NCBI GenBank assembly: GCA_021794235.1
Contig: JAJYRE010000018.1
Span: 3,441-67,440 of the forward strand
DNA from: Nanobdellota archaeon
GTDB lineage: Archaea > Nanobdellota > Nanobdellia > Parvarchaeales > Parvarchaeaceae
Reading direction: 5' to 3'
Length of the DNA stretch: 64,000 bases
In this document: in pieces, positions 60,150 to 64,000 of the stretch
Numbering within the stretch: the first letter of the stretch is position 1
Layout: each line of letters starts with the position of its first letter
Program-made: the position numbers and the translations under genes
Notes under the pieces: model-generated
Told to the model about the DNA's origin: nothing
Database searches by the model: none
Seen by the model: only the letters and a program-made list of their open reading frames with translations

Positions 60150-60221
60150 TGTCGGGGGTGAGATTTGAACTCACAATTACCGCCTCATGAGGGCGGCGTA
60201 ATGCCGTTATACTACCCCGAC
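60150..60221 (-). tRNA. tRNA with CAT anticodon (elongator Met or Ile2; not initiator)
   Basis: GTCGGGG/CCCCGAC acceptor, CCGCC-CT-CAT-GA-GGCGG, GTGAG-TTCAAAT-CTCAC, A73; G1-C72 rather than the initiator A1-U72. Confidence 0.9.
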
Positions 60222-61000
60222 TTAATCCTGTATGAATTTAAGAGGTTTTCTAATTTAATATTTTTAATTGGTTCTGATAGCTTAATTTCACGTTCAAATT
60301 TTTCTAAATTTTCGCGCCCATAAATTTTGACATAGTATTCAGTACTTGATTTGTTCAATCTGTTATAAGAGTAAAATTTACTCTTTATATCGAATTTATT
60401 AAGCATCGCTGCATATTGCTGGGATAAAAAAGGCGAAGTCGACGTAAAAGTAATATTTTTATCACCAACGTAGCCATCAGTACAAGTTAGTCCGTCTATA
60501 ATGCCTCGTACAAAGTCATCTGATTGGGGCATTTTAATTAATTTTACAGAATTTGATTTCTTTTTTTCCCAGAACAGGAATTCTTTAATTATATTTGAGA
60601 TTTCTTTGCTAAAAAAATCAACCAGGATTTCGTATTTGTTTTTTTCAAAACGGATGCGTGAATCTTTGCTAAATACTTTACTAATCACCGATTTCAAATG
60701 TTCCGCATATTTAAATTCGGCCCCACCCAAATAAAATATTATCCTATAACCACGATCTTTGCTATAGACAAGACTACCGTCACCTGCAAATGCTCCCAGA
60801 AATTCACCGAGTTCACGATTGTAATCTGAATTAAATATTGCCTTCTTGTAGAATCTACCGAAATCCTTCCTTACATGGTAATAAAGTGTAGTTTTTTTAA
60901 TTCCAAGAAGACATGATAGTTTATTAAGAGAATACCCATTAGCTTTAAGATCTCTTATTTTTGATAGTTGGTCGTCATTTAACACATTATATTTTAACAT
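60212..61000 (-). mobile_element. Free-standing two-motif LAGLIDADG homing endonuclease with N-terminal HTH
   Basis: LGEFLGAFAGDGS and FVRGIIDGLTCTDGYV motifs; GYSLNKLS..LGIKKTTLYYH HTH; visibly AT-richer than flanks; no intein splicing motifs. Confidence 0.85.
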
Positions 61001-61023
61001 ATTACAAAATTAGTATAGTTTGT

Positions 61024-61518
61024 TTACCTCTTATAACCTATATCTCTGAGAAATTTATGCCTTTTCTCTTTCTGCTCATCATTCTCAACACCAAAGGGTT
61101 TTTTACCGTCTATAACACCGATTATCGCTCTGCCTTCCTCACCATCGTCGTATACTAGCACTTTAAGAGGATTTGCGGTGGCAGCGTATATATTTAGGAC
61201 TTCATCAACCGCCTTTATCCTGTTTATAACGTTTATAGGATATGCGTCTTTCAAAAGTATAACAAACGAATGGCCTGCCCCAATGGATTCGGCAAATTTT
61301 ACGGCAGTATTGACGAGCGCACTATCATTTCCATCGAAGCGTATTAACCGCTCTCCCGAAGCTTCGTTGAATGCTACCCCAAATTTTATCGAAGGGGAAG
61401 CGCTGACAAGGGTTTCATAGAGATCCTCGACGGTTTTTATGAAGTGAGACTGCCCTAGTATAATATTTACACCATCGTGCAAATCAATTTCAACTTTTCT
61501 GATGCCTGTGTTTTCCAT
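61024..61518 (-). CDS. Adenosine-specific kinase family (DUF355) protein
   Basis: [50 protein letters not shown]. Confidence 0.92.
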   Translation of the reverse strand: MENTGIRKVEIDLHDGVNIILGQSHFIKTVEDLYETLVSASPSIKFGVAFNEASGERLIRFDGNDSALVNTAVKFAESIGAGHSFVILLKDAYPINVINRIKAVDEVLNIYAATANPLKVLVYDDGEEGRAIIGVIDGKKPFGVENDEQKEKRHKFLRDIGYKR

Positions 61519-61550
61519 GATTAATCTGATAACTTTCCGATATTTTAAAT

Positions 61551-62828
61551 TTATTTAACGCCTGCCCTCTGCTTTCGTATTTTTCTACGTCTTACGATAT
61601 CCAGTACGATGTAAGCTCCCAAAACTGCGGCTTCTGCAAGTGCTATCACAGGATAGAAATAGTTGTGAAGGAAAAAAAGCAAAGGATTCAAACTTACGGC
61701 GGATAATCCCCCTGAAGGAAGCGCATCTGCGTAATAAACATCTGGTGTAAATTCGTTTGAAGATACATTTAATGCCCCGCCGATACAGTAAATATGCGAA
61801 CCGTATGACGTGCACGTAGGCGTCAGTATGCCAGAAGGATAGGAGTATGCATTGTTCCAGATACCAAGTTGTCCGGTTTGACTAACCGTTGAATAATAAA
61901 CTGAATAATAGTATTGGCTACTAGATACGCCCCCTACACAATAAATATAATCCGAGTAAGGGACGCAGCTCTGACCGGAAATTGCGATAGGAAAGTCTAA
62001 CGTAGGGTGCCAGCCGGATATCGAACCGTTGGATGAGAGACTGCCATAATAATTAAGGGCAACCGGCACTAATCCGCTATCAAAACCGGTTATGCATTCT
62101 ATGGATGTATTGTATGGGACGCACATAGGTGCACTTATGTTTATCGGATAATCAAACGCTTTATGCCAGCCGGATATCGAACCGTTGGAAAAAATTTCAG
62201 AACGGAATACAATGTCTGCTGCAGTACTGCTGCTGTTTATCCCGCCGATACAGTAAATATTACGGCCAGCCAACACACAACTCTGACCGCCGCTTTTAAC
62301 AGGGTAATTATTCAATTTTTTCCATGAGCTTAAGCTTCCATTAGGGTTTATCTTCGCCGAATATACTGTATTTGTATAATTCATGCTAGTGGGTGTAGAT
62401 ATATAGCCGGATAGGCAATAAATCGTATAATTAAATGTTTCACAATTTTCACCCGCCACAGGAATCGGATAGGCAGATGCATTGTGCCATCCACTCAATG
62501 AGCCATTTTGACCTATTTTTGAATAGTATACTGAATTTACGGAGTATAAGGAGGAATTTAAACCGCCTACACAGTAGATATAACCGTTGTATGTAGCACA
62601 CATTTGGAAATATACAGGAAGTGGATACGACGTCGTGGCATTCCACGCACCGGCAAGTGGATTATGTTCCGAGAAATAAACATGGCTGTAATTGGCTCTG
62701 TAACTGCTATAACCGAATTCCCCTGTCAGATTAAACAGTATTGCCAGTAGTATTACTATCAATAATGACACCGTTATCCAAATAATTTTTCCCTTGGATG
62801 AACCCATATTTGATTGATTATTTTTCAT
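61551..62828 (-). CDS. Kelch-like beta-propeller surface protein anchored at both ends
   Basis: Six repeats of W...YP.....C......IYC.GG; N- and C-terminal TM helices. Confidence 0.82.
   Translation of the reverse strand: MKNNQSNMGSSKGKIIWITVSLLIVILLAILFNLTGEFGYSSYRANYSHVYFSEHNPLAGAWNATTSYPLPVYFQMCATYNGYIYCVGGLNSSLYSVNSVYYSKIGQNGSLSGWHNASAYPIPVAGENCETFNYTIYCLSGYISTPTSMNYTNTVYSAKINPNGSLSSWKKLNNYPVKSGGQSCVLAGRNIYCIGGINSSSTAADIVFRSEIFSNGSISGWHKAFDYPINISAPMCVPYNTSIECITGFDSGLVPVALNYYGSLSSNGSISGWHPTLDFPIAISGQSCVPYSDYIYCVGGVSSSQYYYSVYYSTVSQTGQLGIWNNAYSYPSGILTPTCTSYGSHIYCIGGALNVSSNEFTPDVYYADALPSGGLSAVSLNPLLFFLHNYFYPVIALAEAAVLGAYIVLDIVRRRKIRKQRAGVK
62008..62189. repeat. Identical 26-bp direct repeat inside the propeller gene
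   Basis: TGCCAGCCGGATATCGAACCGTTGGA at 62008-62033 and 62164-62189 (offset 156 nt = 52 codons). Confidence 0.85.
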
Positions 62829-62836
62829 ACTTATAA

Positions 62837-64000
62837 CTATGTAGGTGCAATTCTACAGAAACCACTTGTAGACGGCGTAAAACTAATTGACTCCGACTGC
62901 CCTGGGAACAATGAACCAGTGGTAGGTGAAGGCGTGTATACTGTTGTATAACCTGATCCTGTCTCGCCTATTGGACATGAGGAAGTAACAGTAATAGAAT
63001 TTACAGAAAATGACTGTTTACTGCTGCTGGCTCCTGTCCCGAATGTTATAGTTGATGTAGTCGAACTACCTGTATTTCCATTATACTTTACCGACCAGCT
63101 CTGCCCTGTGGGTAACCCCGTCTCGGTGAATGTGGTGGTGCATGACCATGAAGAAAACGTATACGAAGTTCCCTGCGCTACGGAGGCTGAAGCAGTACAT
63201 GCGAGTGAGGAAACGGACGCCGATGCCGTTGGTGTATAACTCAAAGGAGTTGTTACGAGTATTATACCCGACCCAGTGGACGCCGACCCGCTGGTACCCG
63301 CATAAGATACCTTCCATGTATATCCACCTGGCAAATTGCTCTCAAAAAATGTATTTGTGCAAGATGAGGACCCCGTGAACGAGATTGAAACAGAATTTCC
63401 AGCCGTGCTAGATCCTGAAGGCGTGTTATACGTAGTTTTGCAGTTTCCTGATGATGACGATGATGCAGAGGAGGTCCATGAGAAGGAACCTGGGCCCGTA
63501 GTAAACTGTATCTGGTTTGAAGTGGAAGTCTTTTTCTGTCCGTCATAAGTGACCGACCACAAATCTCCGGAAGGTAGACTGCTTTCTGTGAATGTTGTTA
63601 TACAGGATGTTGACGATGCAAAGTTAATGCTCGTGCTTGCACCCGCATTTACCGAGCCTGAGCTTGGGGAGGGGGTATAGGTAGTCAGGCAATCTGTGCT
63701 GGAAGATTTGATATAGACGTTATAAACGATATAAGCTATTTTGTTAGCATTATTGGTTACAAAGCTCATGGTAGTAGATGTCGAGCTACTATTTGTATTG
63801 TTAAAGTCCAGATACCACTTAGTTCCGGATGGCAAACCGGTTTCCGAAAAGGTAGTAACGCACTTATCTGAGTAGAATACGAATTTAATATTCTGATTTA
63901 TACCCGCAACCAGATAACCTGAACTCGGGGTTGGTGCATAAACCGAAGTGCATGTACCGGCTATGGTTTTTACGCTGCCCACGGAGAATGAATAGTTACC
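62837..64000 (-). CDS. Ser/Thr-rich surface protein with thermopsin-associated repeats, partial; 5' end lies beyond the window
   Basis: Four C.TTF.E(S/T)GLP.G..W.V repeats; frame open to position 64000. Confidence 0.85.
   Translation of the reverse strand, partial: GNYSFSVGSVKTIAGTCTSVYAPTPSSGYLVAGINQNIKFVFYSDKCVTTFSETGLPSGTKWYLDFNNTNSSSTSTTMSFVTNNANKIAYIVYNVYIKSSSTDCLTTYTPSPSSGSVNAGASTSINFASSTSCITTFTESSLPSGDLWSVTYDGQKKTSTSNQIQFTTGPGSFSWTSSASSSSSGNCKTTYNTPSGSSTAGNSVSISFTGSSSCTNTFFESNLPGGYTWKVSYAGTSGSASTGSGIILVTTPLSYTPTASASVSSLACTASASVAQGTSYTFSSWSCTTTFTETGLPTGQSWSVKYNGNTGSSTTSTITFGTGASSSKQSFSVNSITVTSSCPIGETGSGYTTVYTPSPTTGSLFPGQSESISFTPSTSGFCRIAPT

Noticed and set aside
1-64000. CRISPR array, rRNA, IS element or provirus
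   Set aside because: No regularly spaced repeats, rRNA-like tracts, transposase, integrase or capsid genes were seen by eye.

Overview
Gene-dense (mostly minus-strand) chromosomal segment of a small-genome archaeon using the standard archaeal code. Split RpoB''/B' and RpoA'/A'', fibrillarin/Nop5, LonB, SepF, strongly diverged core proteins, QSALEY-type pilin-like proteins and acidophile-type accessory genes point to a DPANN archaeon, most likely Parvarchaeota (inference, no search run). Contents: the RNA polymerase operon; a complex-I membrane-arm block (nuoJKLMN); a ribosomal protein fragment L2-S19-L22-S3-L29 (L29 is missing from the ORF track); pheST, hisS, grpE-dnaK-dnaJ, rtcB-archease, thiI, lonB-rio1; a base-excision repair set (Nth, Xth, PolX, Ogg, MGMT); four intron-less tRNAs (Leu-TAG, Asp-GTC, Ser-TGA, CAT); several surface proteins; and one degraded accessory patch at about 42.9-43.7 kb. 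No CRISPR array, rRNA, transposase or integrase was seen. The main oddities are: radical substitutions in the RNAP bridge helix, trigger loop and RpoB' motifs; two upstream CDSs that use tRNA nucleotides 8-10 as their stop codon; a free-standing HTH-LAGLIDADG gene running into an atypical tRNA(CAU) with G37; modular pilins with a shared base and different tips; orphan proteins sharing an N-terminal (S/N)L(D/E)xxL motif; a one-domain Dph2; and a 49-bp duplication of the MMPL 3' end.
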